64,000 nt of DNA from a cyanobacterium endosymbiont of Rhopalodia gibba (GCA_045159875.1 CP067995.1:192001-256000); one strand, 5' to 3'. Positions 44,397 through 57,959 are shown, numbered from the stretch's first letter. Numbers and translations: made by a program. The notes: generated by a model not told the origin, from the sequence alone.

Positions 44397-45539
44397 TTAA
44401 CAAAGATTAATCTTGCCAGCTTTTACCTTAAGAATTTGGGAAGATTGTAACCACTGAGCATTAAAAGAATGTAAATAAGTAGTTGTAATTAGGGTTTGAA
44501 ATCGTCCTTGAATTGCTTCTAATAGTTGGTTTTGTCGATTCGGATCAAGTTCAGCCAATACATCATCGAGTAATAATAATGGCGGTTCTCCTATCACCTC
44601 TTCAATCAATTGGAGCTCTGACAGTTTTAAGGATAATACAAGAGTCCGTTGTTGTCCTTGGGAAGCAGAAGATTTAGCAGGAGTTTTGTTAATTGTAAAT
44701 GTCACATCATCTCGATGAGGTCCTACTAAGCTTGTCCCTAATTGTTGTTCTGCAATGCGACGCTGTTCCATTCTATCAAGAAATGCTTCTTTAATTTGAG
44801 TTGAATCATCTGAATCACAGCAAATATTAGGTAGATAGGTTATTTCTAATATTTCTTGTCCTCCACTGATATTTTTATGCCAATTTTTAGCTAAAGAGGT
44901 TAATCTTTCTATTACTCTAGCCCTTCGCCTTGTTACCCGTGAACCTGTCTCTACTAACTGCCGATCCCAAAGGTGCAATTGAGATATCTGGAACTCTAAA
45001 TCAGCAGATGTTTCCTGATCAGCGACTTTTTTTCGTAATTTTTTTAGTACGGCATTACGTTGACGTAAAACTTGATAGTATTCGTGTAATATGTGAGCAT
45101 AAACCGGTTCTAGTTGAACTAATAGAGTATCTAGCCAACTGCGACGAGTATCAGGTGAACCCCTAACTAGGTCTAAGTCTAAGGACGAAAACCCTACCGC
45201 GTTAAGACTTCCCAAAAATTCCAGATGACGACGTAGATTTTCCTGGTTCAGAGCTAAGGTTCGTCTTCCTGGGGAACGTAGGATAATGCTGAGGTCCGAT
45301 TTACCGTAGGTTCGTTCAACATTACCCAAAATTTGCCCCATCTTCTTTCCTTCAAAAATTAAATCGTGATCGTGGTTTGTTCGATGACTTTTGAGAGTAG
45401 CTAATAATTCCACTGCTTCAAGGATATTGGACTTTCCTTGGGCATTATTTCCTAGCAAAATAGTTTTTTGTCGATCAAATTTAACCGATTGCTCAAAATA
45501 ATTCCGAAAATTATGTAAATGTAAGGTTTTGAGATACAT
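44397..45539 (-). CDS. recF: DNA replication/repair protein RecF
   Basis: FRNY, GNNAQGKSN, GPHRDD, SQGQQR, LLLDDVLAELD. Confidence 0.97.
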   Translation of the reverse strand: MYLKTLHLHNFRNYFEQSVKFDRQKTILLGNNAQGKSNILEAVELLATLKSHRTNHDHDLIFEGKKMGQILGNVERTYGKSDLSIILRSPGRRTLALNQENLRRHLEFLGSLNAVGFSSLDLDLVRGSPDTRRSWLDTLLVQLEPVYAHILHEYYQVLRQRNAVLKKLRKKVADQETSADLEFQISQLHLWDRQLVETGSRVTRRRARVIERLTSLAKNWHKNISGGQEILEITYLPNICCDSDDSTQIKEAFLDRMEQRRIAEQQLGTSLVGPHRDDVTFTINKTPAKSSASQGQQRTLVLSLKLSELQLIEEVIGEPPLLLLDDVLAELDPNRQNQLLEAIQGRFQTLITTTYLHSFNAQWLQSSQILKVKAGKINLC

Positions 45540-46189
45540 TTTTTAGGCAGAGGGAAAAGAAGGGGATAGATAGTAGAGGATAAGTAGAATGTATTGTAAC
45601 CCTTCTCTTCTACTTCCAACGTAATTCCCAATTATAAAGAAAATACGAGAATAAATACTTTTGAAATTATTAATCCTACTGAGGATGGCTAAACACCAAT
45701 TCAAGCCTTATCAATTCTGCCGTTGAGAAATCAAGAAGAGTTACTGATTTAATCGAACTACCATCCAAGGCACTATTCAATAATAAGCTTTTTGAGTCTC
45801 TTTTTTGTGGATTTATGTAAGCTAACAGTCCTATCCTACTCCATAGATCAGCCTGTCCCACGACTTTTCCGACAAGAAAATCAACTTACTTGACATATTG
45901 CTAACAAATTCTCAAGCAGAAAAATGTGCAGTTTTGACCTTCTTCTAAATACAACTATTATTATTAGTCAACTCTTGAATATTAAATAAAATTCAAAATG
46001 CTTTAATCGGCTCAATTGAAATATTAGCTTAGGCAAAAATATGTAGTCATCCCTTAAAAATCTAATATTCTGCCAATACATCTAAATTTTCCATAGAAAT
46101 AATAATGTTTTTTTTCTCTTTAATTAATTTAATTTCTCGAAGAACAATATTGTATGTGATGAACTGATATGTTTAAAGTCAGGGGAGAA

Positions 46190-46640
46190 AAGGATTTTCT
46201 TTAAGTCAAGTAGATAAACTATCAAAGTTGACTAGCAATACGAAAATTCTCTTCAGAACAAAAATAATAGCCAAAATATTATATTGACACCCAAGAGGAT
46301 CGAAAGGCAAAGAAATTGCAGACTAGGTGAAATTGTTACCAAGTGCAATTTATAGACGAATTAGTCTAGGAAGAGAAGAATTTTAATGTATTCCGATAAG
46401 TGGAAAACAAAAAACTAGGAAACAAGAAAATACGAAATATTTTGAAGAGATCCAATAAAAGGATAAAACAACTTATGATAGCAAACAATTATCTAAATTT
46501 TTAAAAAGAGAGAAGTAAAATTAACTTCTGGAATAATCAATCAATTTTTTATAAAAAGGGACATAAATAAAAAAGAATAAAAGTGATGATGGGAGTTGAT
46601 AAATATCCGATAAAAAAAGCACAAAAATTCTAGAGAAACA
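46190..46640 (+). mobile_element. IS630-family transposase remnant (HTH), homologous to the 42.2 kb copy
   Basis: KLSKLTSNTKILFRTKIIAKIL...RGSKGKEIAD*VK and TYDSKQLSKFLKRE. Confidence 0.6.
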
Positions 46641-47188
46641 AAGTAGATAAAGCAAAATTTAAATAAAAAAAAAAGACTATATATATAGTTTATGCTAATT
46701 TATAGTCTATTAAATAGAACAAAAGGGAAATTACATTAAATAAAATCTCATAAAATTGCTGAAAATATATTCAAAGATAAAAATAGTTTAAATCAGGTAA
46801 CTTAATAAAATATTTTTATAAATAGTTGCCTCTAAATAATATAAATAAATCGGTTTAAATTAGTGTTAAATTCATGCCAATCAATATCTCTATTAGTGCA
46901 AGTTAACAGTCCACCTAATTGTCTAATAGTTCTTAACATAGTGTCATTTATTCTATGTCCGACTACTTTCTTGAAGCTTACACAGCTTAATTTAAATAAG
47001 TTTTATTTAATCGCTTCTTTGAAAATTACGAAGAATACTATTATTAATATAGGGATTAGTTTGATGTAATTTTACTTCTTAGAGAAAGTGAAACTCGTTA
47101 CCTAATTTTACATTTTTTTGAGCAGGTATTTAGCGATCATTTCTTAGACTTTATTGAGACTTTCAGATTCAGACATAGACATAATAGT

Positions 47189-48583
47189 TTATGGTTTATC
47201 ATGCAAAGGATAAGCCATGTCTTCAGGACTAACTAAAAAATCAAATTCTTCGGCAGACAGAAACCCCAAACTCACACATGCTTCCTTTAAAGTTACTTGT
47301 TCAACATAAGCTTTCTTTGCGACTTTTGCTGCATTATCATAGCCAATATGAGGATTTAGCGAAGTTACTAACATTAGAGAATTGTTTAAATAATCCTCAA
47401 TTTGTTTTCTGTTAGGTTCAATACCTAAAACCAAATGGTCTGTAAAAGAGGAACAAACATCGGCTAATAATCGAATAGAATTTAAAATATTAAAAATTAA
47501 TATAGGTTTAAAAACATTTAGTTCAAAATTTCCCTGACTTCCTGCTATTCCTATAGCTGAATCATTACCTATTACTTGTACACAAACCATGGTCATTGCT
47601 TCACATTGCGTGGGGTTAACTTTCCCTGGCATAATTGAAGACCCCGGTTCATTTGCCGGTAATATTAATTCTCCTAAACCACAACGAGGACCCGATGCTA
47701 ACCAGCGAATATCATTGGCAATTTTCATCAAAGAACCTGCTAAGGTTTTAATGGTTCCACTGGTCATCACAATAGCATCATGGGCGGCTAAAGCGGCAAA
47801 TTTATTGGGAGAGGAGACAAAAGGTAAATTGGTTAATTGAGCGATTTCATCTGCCACCCGTTGGGCAAAATCTGGGTGAGTATTTAACCCAGTCCCAACT
47901 GCCGTTCCCCCGATGGCTAATTCATAGAGGTCAGGTAAAATTCGTTGAAGGCGATCAATATTTTTGTCAAGTTGAGAAATATAGCCTGAAAATTCCTGTC
48001 CTAAACTTAAAGGAACCGCATCCATAAGATGGGTTCGACCAATTTTTATAATGTCATTAAATTTATTTTTTTTTCTTGCTAAAGCATCCCGCAATTTAAT
48101 CACCATTGGCAATAAATTATAATTAATTTTCTCCACTATAGCAATGTGCATCGCTGTAGGAAAAGTATCATTAGAAGACTGGGACATATTAACATGATCA
48201 TTAGGATGAATAGGGTCTTTGCTCCCTAAAATACCTCCCGCTAATTCAATCCCTCGGTTTGCGATCACTTCATTTGCATTCATGTTGGTTTGCGTGCCAC
48301 TTCCTGTCTGCCAAATACTCAAAGGAAAGTGAGAATCAAGGTCTCCTGCAATAACTTCATCTGCGGCTTGTGTAATTAATATAACTTTGTCAAATGGCAA
48401 TTTTCCTAAATCATAATTAACTTTAGCCGCTGCTTTTTTCAAAATACCAAAAGCTCTAATCATTTCTGGAGGCATGATATCATTACCAATAGCAAAATAG
48501 TGGAGTGAGCGCTGAGTTTGCGCTCCCCAGTAGCAGTCATCTGGAACATCAATAGCTCCTATACTGTCGGTTTCAGTTCGCAT
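47189..48583 (-). CDS. fumC: Class II fumarate hydratase
   Basis: [45 protein letters not shown]. Confidence 0.97.
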   Translation of the reverse strand: MRTETDSIGAIDVPDDCYWGAQTQRSLHYFAIGNDIMPPEMIRAFGILKKAAAKVNYDLGKLPFDKVILITQAADEVIAGDLDSHFPLSIWQTGSGTQTNMNANEVIANRGIELAGGILGSKDPIHPNDHVNMSQSSNDTFPTAMHIAIVEKINYNLLPMVIKLRDALARKKNKFNDIIKIGRTHLMDAVPLSLGQEFSGYISQLDKNIDRLQRILPDLYELAIGGTAVGTGLNTHPDFAQRVADEIAQLTNLPFVSSPNKFAALAAHDAIVMTSGTIKTLAGSLMKIANDIRWLASGPRCGLGELILPANEPGSSIMPGKVNPTQCEAMTMVCVQVIGNDSAIGIAGSQGNFELNVFKPILIFNILNSIRLLADVCSSFTDHLVLGIEPNRKQIEDYLNNSLMLVTSLNPHIGYDNAAKVAKKAYVEQVTLKEACVSLGFLSAEEFDFLVSPEDMAYPLHDKP

Positions 48584-48974
48584 ACCATCTCTTCATAAAG
48601 TACTATGACTACATATCATATTATACTCCATGATTTCACTGGCTTCTTGTTGTAAAATCAAGACAGCTCTCTCGTAATGAACTTCTCAAAAAATTTTACT
48701 AAACTAAATTTCTTATTAGAAAACCTATGAAGTTTAGGACTATTTATTGATTAAAGTAAATGGGGATCTTTTATCCTTTTTTTGAGAAAATTGACTAGTT
48801 TTTATTTTTTATAAATTTTAGAAGTTGAAAAGCTAAGGAGTCTATAGTTCGTAATTTTTTGTTACGCTAAACGTTGATTTTCAAATAAAAAAGACAGAAA
48901 TTAAAGCGATGAGTATAATTGATGACGACTTAATTTTGAACTTGAAACTTAAAAGATATACAACTATTTACCTA

Positions 48975-50015
48975 TTACTCAACCTGAACGCGTTCTAATT
49001 ACAGGCATCACTGGACAAGATTGCTCTTATATAAGTGAGTTTTTATTAGAACAGGGATACGAAGTTCATGAGATTATTCGACGAACTTCAACTTTTAATA
49101 CTTGATACTAATCGCATAGATCATATACGATATACATCGATTTCCCTAATTTTTAGGCAAGATTATTCCTCTATTCTGGAGATTTAACTGATAGTACCAC
49201 CTTGCGTCGAATTTTAGAAGAAGTAAAACCTATTGAGATCTATAATTTATAGGAATGGGGACTTTACGACTTCGAGAAGCCATTCGAGAATACCAACACC
49301 GCACAGGAATTGAAGTACGCTTTTACCAAGCAGGATCATCAGAAATGTTTGGGAAGGTTCAAGAGATTCCCAAAAAAGAAAATACCCCATTTTATCCTTG
49401 TAGTCCCTACGCATGTGCCAAAATTTACGCTCATTAGCAAACTGTAAATTATCGATAATCTTACGATTTATTTGCCTGTAATGGAATTTTGTTAAACCAT
49501 GAATCCCCCGTCGCGGAGAAACTTTCGTTACCCGAAAGATTACCCGAAAGATCACCCGTATTGTCGCTGGAACTCAGAAAGAACTCTTTTTAGGAAATCT
49601 CTACTCTAGGCGAGATTGGAGCTACGCTAAAGATTATGTTGAAGCCATGTGGTTAATGCTCCAACAAGAACAACCAGATTATGTCATAACCACAGGAGAA
49701 ACCCATTCTATCCGAGAATTCCTCGATCTTTCCTTTAGTTACGTCCACCTCAACTGGGAAGATTACATTTCTTTCGATGAACGCTATCTCCGCCCGGCTG
49801 AAGTCAATATACTGCTCGGCGGTACAACTAAAGCCAAAATAAAATTGGAGTGGGAATCTTCTGTCACCTTCGAAGAATTGGTCCACTTGATAGTAGAAGC
49901 AGACTTAGCGTTTCCATTGGGACTTTGTCGCCCCAATGGAAACGCTAAAAACCAAACATTGCCAATTAAAGATAATGTTTATATTTGTCGATCTACAGGC
50001 TTAAGCGTGGACTAA
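48975..50015 (+). pseudogene. gmd: GDP-mannose 4,6-dehydratase pseudogene
   Basis: [36 protein letters not shown] and MWLMLQQ; no start codon, several stops and frameshifts, AQSHV segment deleted. Confidence 0.92.
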
Positions 50016-50353
50016 CGATGATCTTCATGGTGATTGAGTTATGCTAGGTATAGCACTGCGCATTGCGGTTAGGGTATTGATACAATTACTAAATCTTGTA
50101 TGCTTATACACTGTCCACTTCACAATAAATAATGTCATAATCTACGCTTTGTACTGTTATAAACTCATGGTAAGCCCTTTAGAGCTTCTATGGTAAGTCT
50201 TCATTATAAACTTTGAATAAAAAAACCAAATTTTGGCTACGCTATTTATCTGTCATCATTATTTAGATAACAACTGATATTTTCCTCCCCTCGACCTTAA
50301 GCCTTAAATTGTTAATAAAATTGAACAAGCAAAATACTAGGTAGAATTGACCC

Positions 50354-51270
50354 ATGTTAGATTTAACAAACAAGCGAATCTTAGTGACAGGCGGTGCTAT
50401 ATTTTTGGCAAACAAGTTGTCAAGCAATTAGTCTAAGCGGGAGCTAATATTGAAAGAATTACTATTCCCCGTTCTCAAGACTGAGACTTATGGGTTCTAA
50501 AAAATTGTCAACGTGTAGCTAATCAATACGATATTATTATTCATTTGGCTGCCCATGTGGGAGGAATTGGCTTAAATCGAGAAAAAACTGCCGAATTATA
50601 TTACGCTCATTTGATAATGAGAACTCAATTAATTCACGTTGTTTATGAAGTAGGAATATAAAAATTTATCTGTGTGGGAACAATTTGTGCTTACCCGAAG
50701 TTCACACCTGTTCTTTTTAAAGAAGATGATCTTTGTAATGGCTATCCCAAAGAAACTAATGCTCCTTATGGTTTTGCTAAAAAAGCCTTATTAGTTAAAC
50801 TCCAATCCTATCGCTTGCAATATGCATTTAATGGAATTTATCTGCTTCCAGTTAATTTGTATGGATCTGAAGATAATTTTAATCCTCATAGTTCTCATGT
50901 TATTCCTGCTTTAATCCGTAAGGTATATGAAGCCCAACGACTAGGAAATAAAACCCTTCATGCTTGGGGTGATGGTTCTCCTCCGAGAGAATTTCTATAC
51001 TCAACAGATGCGGCAAGAGGAATTGTGATGGGAACTCAATTATATAGTGATATAGACTCTGTTGACTTAGGAACAAATCACGAAATTTATATCTGTAATC
51101 TAGTAAAATTAATCTGTGAATTAATGGAAGTCAAAGGAGACATTGCTTGGTAAATAGAAAAACTAACTGGGCAATTTTGTCGTTGTTTCGATACCCATTA
51201 TTTGCGTATAATTGGTATCTACAACAGAGATTAAATTTAAATAAAAGTTAAAAAATACTATAAAAAAACT
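50354..51270 (+). pseudogene. fcl: GDP-L-fucose synthase pseudogene
   Basis: MLDLTNKRILVTGG, IIHLAAHVGGIGLN, GTICAYPK, YGFAK, PVNLYG, SHVIPALIRK; frameshift and stops. Confidence 0.92.
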
Positions 51271-51730
51271 TCATTAGTTTGAAGATATTTATGGTAGATA
51301 AAAAAATTAAAATTTTTCGATAATAAGGTTTATTATTGGCAATTAATCTTGATAGGGCGATAAGATAATGTATCTTCCAGACTGTTTTTTAAAAAAAAGT
51401 AGCTAATAAATTTAAACACCTTTATTATTACTGGATTCTATGATGTCAAAAATTTAATTATTATCAAAATAAGTATTGTTTTATTAGGAACTTAAGAAGG
51501 TAAGACTTTTAACTTTTATTTACTTAAACTGTTTTTGTAGTAAGCCTGAAAGAGTCGAAACAATCCCATAATCAATTAAATTCATCTAATTTAATAAGTG
51601 GCAAATAAAATTAAATTATAAATTAAACTCAAGAGATTGAAATGAATTACAATAACTTATCCATTAAGTAAAAAATTATGTATTATCTAGATAGATCACA
51701 CTCGTTATTAAGATTTGGTGAGGAGTAGGC

Positions 51731-54157
51731 GTGTTTAATCAGTTAGGGTTAAAGTTTAGGGAGAAAATAAATCAGATTTTGCACTCAAAATCAAAAAACC
51801 CTAAAGGGACAAATAAAAATCTAGGTAATGACTCTGATGACATCGAGTCTTGCCAAGAGAAGAATCAACCTGAAATCAGTTTCTCAGTAAAAATCTCCAA
51901 GACCTTACCTCAACTGGTTAGCTTATTTCAAGAGGTATCTCAAACCTCTATTAATTCTGTTAAACGAATTGTCTCCATAAGCCATAATCCAAAATTTTGT
52001 CTGTTGTTTGGAATAGGACTGGGAGCCAGTAGTGGTGTGATTGCCCTAGGATATGGCATCTATCAACTTGAAAGTAGCATCACAGAACCAGTTGAAGAAG
52101 TCCTCACCTATGCTCCTCCTAAGACCTTGATCATTAAATCATCTGATGGAATTGTTCTTAAAGAACTAGGTCCAGTTACTCATGAAAAACTAAAAATTTG
52201 GCAGATTCCTGACCTCGTTATTCAAGCATTTATTGCCAGTGAAGATCATCGTTTTAAGAACCATCGAGGGGTTGATATACATGGAGTTGTTCGTGCAGCT
52301 TTTTCTAATTTACTGGCGGGAGAAGTAGTCGAAGGGGGAAGCACGATCACTCAACAATTAGCACGCATTGTTTTCTTGAACCAGGAAATCAACATAATCC
52401 GAAAAATCAAGGAAATGCGCTTGGCTCAGAAAATAGAAGGAAAATTGACTAAAGACCAAATCTTAGAACGTTATCTCAATTTGGTTTATTTAGGATCGGG
52501 AGCCTATGGGGTTGCCGATGCAGCTTGGGTCTATTTTAGTAAACCTATCGATCAACTAACTGTAGCTGAAGCGGCGACCCTAGCAGGAATTGTACCTGCT
52601 CCCAGTGTTTATTCTCCTATGCAGAACAAGGCAGCCACTATTGAACGTCGAAATCTCGTACTACAAAGAATGAAAATTAAGGGCTTTATTAGTGCTTCCC
52701 AAGTAAAAGAAGCAATTGCTGACCCCATTCTTCTCAAACCCCGTAAACCCAAACGTCTACTAGGAAAAGCTCCCTATTTCACAGATTATATTCAACTTCA
52801 ACTACCGAAATATCTCTCTAAAGAGGTGTTGCAACAAGGGGGAATTGTGGTAGAAACCACCCTCAATAATCAATGGCAAGAAGCTGCCGAAGCCGCTATT
52901 GAAAAGGCTGTGACAGAATATGGTCGATGGCAAGGGTTTAAACAAGCAGCATTGACGGCGGTTGATCCGCGTAACGGACAAATTAAAGCGATGGTTGGGG
53001 GAAAAGACTACAAAAATCATCAATATAATCGGGTGACTCAAGCTCAACGTCAACCAGGGTCTACCTTTAAAACTTTTGTTTACGCTACCGCGATCGCTGC
53101 TGGACTTTCGCCTGACCAAACCTTCCAAAACTCTCCTTACGTGGTGGATGGTTATCGACCAGAGAATTATGGTGATCGCTATAGCGGCGTTCCCGTTTCC
53201 ATTCGCAAAGCTCTCGCCTCTTCATTAAATGTGGTAGCGGTTCAAACATTGGTAAAAGTGGGATGGAACCCCATCATTGAAGTTGCCAAAAAAATGGGTA
53301 TTGAATCGGAATTAAAACCGACCTATTCCTTAGCATTGGGAGCATGGGAAGTTAATTTACTCGAATTAACCAGTGCTTATGGAACGTTAGCCAACTTCGG
53401 TATCCATCAACGCGCCCACGGCATTGATCGTATTCTTGATCGCCACGGGCAGATTCTATATCAAGCTACATTTCCTCCCAAAGAAGTGATTGACTCCGAT
53501 ACCACTGCAATTATGACTTCTATGCTACAGGAGGTAGTGACTGGGGGAACCGGAACCTCTGCTCAATTAGGAAAGCGACCGGTAGCAGGAAAAACGGGAA
53601 CCTCTGATAAAGCCAGAGATTTATGGTTTATTGGCTATATTCCCCAGTTAACAGCCGGGGTGTGGTTAGGGAACGATAATAACGGTCCCACCAGGGGAGC
53701 AAGTACCACGGCTGCGGCCATTTGGAAAGAATTTATGGAGGAAGCCGTCAAGGGTACCCCCATTGAGTCTTTTCCACTTGTTCCCAATATCAAAGGACGT
53801 GAACCAACCATTAAAGCCGAACCTATCAGCCCGAAAAAGAAATCATATACAGTGGCTACACAGTCTGGAGCATCGCGTTCAAGGTCTATGCTCAGTACTC
53901 GTAGCAGAAAACAAACCGTAACTCGCCGTCAGCGCGTCTACACTGGTTCTCAAGAAGTAGCTCCAACTCAGATAAGAAAACGGTCAGTTACTCCATCGAG
54001 TCTTCCCCCACAAACAGCAGTTACCTCCAAAACTAAACTCCCTGTTTCTAATCACCTCGCTGCCCCTAGTGCTATTAGAAGGTCCAGTTCTACTTCTACT
54101 TCTTCTAAAGCTGAATTTTCGCCTCCAGCCCCCCCTGCGTCACGTAAAGCTAATTAA
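51731..54157 (+). CDS. Class A penicillin-binding protein (PBP1A family)
   Basis: TM, glycosyltransferase EDHRF/GGSTITQQL, transpeptidase STFK, SLN and KTGT, S/T/R-rich tail. Confidence 0.93.
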   Translation: MFNQLGLKFREKINQILHSKSKNPKGTNKNLGNDSDDIESCQEKNQPEISFSVKISKTLPQLVSLFQEVSQTSINSVKRIVSISHNPKFCLLFGIGLGASSGVIALGYGIYQLESSITEPVEEVLTYAPPKTLIIKSSDGIVLKELGPVTHEKLKIWQIPDLVIQAFIASEDHRFKNHRGVDIHGVVRAAFSNLLAGEVVEGGSTITQQLARIVFLNQEINIIRKIKEMRLAQKIEGKLTKDQILERYLNLVYLGSGAYGVADAAWVYFSKPIDQLTVAEAATLAGIVPAPSVYSPMQNKAATIERRNLVLQRMKIKGFISASQVKEAIADPILLKPRKPKRLLGKAPYFTDYIQLQLPKYLSKEVLQQGGIVVETTLNNQWQEAAEAAIEKAVTEYGRWQGFKQAALTAVDPRNGQIKAMVGGKDYKNHQYNRVTQAQRQPGSTFKTFVYATAIAAGLSPDQTFQNSPYVVDGYRPENYGDRYSGVPVSIRKALASSLNVVAVQTLVKVGWNPIIEVAKKMGIESELKPTYSLALGAWEVNLLELTSAYGTLANFGIHQRAHGIDRILDRHGQILYQATFPPKEVIDSDTTAIMTSMLQEVVTGGTGTSAQLGKRPVAGKTGTSDKARDLWFIGYIPQLTAGVWLGNDNNGPTRGASTTAAAIWKEFMEEAVKGTPIESFPLVPNIKGREPTIKAEPISPKKKSYTVATQSGASRSRSMLSTRSRKQTVTRRQRVYTGSQEVAPTQIRKRSVTPSSLPPQTAVTSKTKLPVSNHLAAPSAIRRSSSTSTSSKAEFSPPAPPASRKAN

Positions 54158-54398
54158 CTACCTAGGTGAGGAATCAGGAGACTTAACTTAAGCAAAACAT
54201 TAATTAGAGAACGTTAAGCAAAATACAGTTTTTTGGGGATTTCTCTTCTTTTTTTAGGCTGTAACACACTTAACTTAATAGGTTTTGAGTATATTGCGCT
54301 ATGTTAATACACCCTATAATTTTATGAGTTCGGGGTTTTACCTTGAATGTATTTTTCATGTATGCCTTTTAAGTATAAAAACTTATAAAAAGAACAAA

Positions 54399-54416
54399 CC
54401 CACCTTTCGAGGTGGG
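54399..54416 (-). terminator. Intrinsic terminator of eno
   Basis: On the minus strand CCCACCT-CGAA-AGGTGGG followed by TTTGTTCTTTT, about 40 bp after the eno stop. Confidence 0.75.
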
Positions 54417-54453
54417 CAAAATAAATCAATCAAACTCTAAGTAATTTAAGTCC

Positions 54454-55746
<1,293 letters not shown>

Positions 55747-55779
55747 TTAGGTCTATCCAATAATAAAGAAATATGATCA

Positions 55780-56600
55780 TTAAGTGAGATGTATCCTGAG
55801 AATACAGCTATTTTCATCAAAAATGAAGAAAAATCATTTATTCGCTTTCTGGAATTGTGTTTCCACAATCACCACATTTACCTTATCAAGACTCGACTCT
55901 GATCGCACCTCACAATGCATTCAAACAAACAATTTACCTTCTGAATTTGTTGCCAATCGGTTTTAAGTCTACTAGTAGCAAATCTCAGTTTTTAGGGTAG
56001 AACCTAAATACCCCCGACACCAACAAAGTCGTTAGCAGCCACTACATTGATAATAATTTTAGCAAGCTCTTCAATGACTTCAGTATTGGGAAAATCTACT
56101 CCTAGAATTTCTTTTTTTTATTAAAATTGATCATGAATTTATTGATCTTGCTTTCAAATTTCGTTTCAATCACCACTAAGTCTGTATTGATGGTGGAGAC
56201 CATACAAAAACCTAATTATTTTTTAACTGGTCCGTTGAGCTTAATTCAATAAATTTTTACCAACTTCTTCAGTTTTGTCAGCAATGAGTTCAATGGACAG
56301 AACATAGCTAATCACTTTTTTGATCTCGTTTTTTTGTATTTTTTTGAGGCAATAGGTTGATTAAGTTGATTAAATCGGCAGCTTTCTCTTCTAACTCTCC
56401 TTAATTAACTTCCATCGATTGTGCCATCTATTTTGACGGGGCGTGGGGAGGTTAACTGTTACACTTTAGTAAGCAACGTCGTAATCGTTCTTAACGGATG
56501 TTAATGCAAGCAAGGTCGCATTAGTTTGTTTGAATGACGACAAAAACTAATTTATCAATGCTTTTGACTCCTCAACAATGAGATGAACATATTTGTTTAG
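55780..56600 (-). pseudogene. Decayed gene of unidentified family
   Basis: Protein-like fragments (LGVDFPNTEVIEELAKIIINVVAANDFVGVGG; LRFATSRLKTDWQQIQK) broken by stops. Confidence 0.3.
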
Positions 56601-56808
56601 TCTAAATTATTTTTATCTACCTTAATAAAGGAACAACTCGAATAGTTATATTTATAATCGATAAATTATCGAAATTAATATATCATTTTTAAATCTAGAG
56701 GATACATCTCTTGTTAAGGTAAATCTAGTATTAGGAGATTGAGTCCAGTTAACTTTTCAGATTATCCTATAATTAGGGTGTTCAATATTTATTAGTTAAC
56801 AATAGTAC

Positions 56809-56976
56809 TCAATTTTTATCATCAAAATACTCATTCCCAGAAGGATTAATTTCATCTTTAAATTCCCGTAGAGTTTTTCCCAAAGTAGATCCAATTTTAG
56901 GAATTTTTTTAGGACCAAAAATCAATAAAGCAACACCGATAATAACGACTACTTCCGTCCATCCTAATCCAAACAT
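56809..56976 (-). CDS. tatA: Twin-arginine translocase subunit TatA/TatE (55 aa, below the ORF-track cutoff)
   Basis: MFGLGWTEVVVIIGVALLIFGPKKIPKIGSTLGKTLREFKDEINPSGNEYFDDKN*. Confidence 0.92.
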   Translation of the reverse strand: MFGLGWTEVVVIIGVALLIFGPKKIPKIGSTLGKTLREFKDEINPSGNEYFDDKN

Positions 56977-57212
56977 ATTAACTCCAGATACTACAACGAT
57001 TAATTCGGTTTAATCAATAAACTACTAGTAATATTCTATGCTAGAAAAACACCGAAGTTCAAAGGATAACACTGAATTAATGTCTTAACGTAATGTTAGA
57101 ATAGCCAAGGCTACAACAATTGAGTTTGATGCTAGTGGAGAATTGCTTGAATAAATCTTGCCTTGTGTAGCACTCATCGCTAATTATTCGAAAATCCTAG
57201 CTAATAAGCGGT

Positions 57213-57959
57213 ATGTTAGACACTTCACCCGTTTCTGTTCACTCTCAATTCAACCCCTTGATACGACTACTCGCTGATGTTATTCAATATCATTGGGAAC
57301 AATATTTCCCCCTAATCTCCTATGAATTACCCGACGGGTTAGGACATGTGGAAGGAAAACTTGGAGGAAAAGAAGTGGTGATTGAAAATCAATGTTATCA
57401 AACTCCTCAGTTCCGTAAACTCCATTTAGAATTTGGAAAAATAGGACAGGAATTGGATATTCTTCATTGTGTGATGTTTCCTCATCCTAGTTATTCTCTA
57501 CCTATGTTCGGTTGTGATATCGCAGCAAGTCCTGAAAGAGTAAGTGCGGCAATCGCAGATTTAGATACCGCTAACCGAGAACTGACTCTTACTTCAGAAA
57601 ACCACCAAGCCCTATCAAAATCACCAGTTTTGGAGTTTTCTGAATCGCGTCAATTACCCGAATGGGGCGATATTTTCTCCGACTATTGTTTATTTATTTC
57701 TCCAACTGACCCAGAAGAAGAAACTCAATTTTTGTCTCGTGTAGCTGAATTTTTGAAGATTCACTGTCAGACTGCGGTAGATTCTCAAACTGTTTCTAGT
57801 AAACAACAAATATCTAACTTAGCCCGACAGTATTACTATTGCACAAAGCAACAACAAAAGGATAAAACCCGTCGAGTTATAGAAAAAACGTTTGGTAAAA
57901 AATGGGCTAATAAATATATGACTCAAGTGTTGTTTGACTTACCTACCCAAGATAAATAA
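57213..57959 (+). CDS. pcyA: Phycocyanobilin:ferredoxin oxidoreductase
   Basis: FRKLHLE, LDILHCVMFP, LPMFGCDI, SAAIADL, LPEWGDIFS, DKTRRV.EK.FG. Confidence 0.92.
   Translation: MLDTSPVSVHSQFNPLIRLLADVIQYHWEQYFPLISYELPDGLGHVEGKLGGKEVVIENQCYQTPQFRKLHLEFGKIGQELDILHCVMFPHPSYSLPMFGCDIAASPERVSAAIADLDTANRELTLTSENHQALSKSPVLEFSESRQLPEWGDIFSDYCLFISPTDPEEETQFLSRVAEFLKIHCQTAVDSQTVSSKQQISNLARQYYYCTKQQQKDKTRRVIEKTFGKKWANKYMTQVLFDLPTQDK

Noticed and set aside
45676..46100. 61-aa ORF and upstream relic before recF
   Set aside because: No recognisable family; likely decayed sequence
49528..49558. TTACCCGAAAGA tandem repeat in gmd
   Set aside because: Local slippage or conversion inside a pseudogene; no evidence of function
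49247..51153. ORFs at 49255, 49647 and 50674 as separate genes, plus antisense ORFs at 49247 and 49653
   Set aside because: They are fragments or shadows of the gmd and fcl pseudogenes
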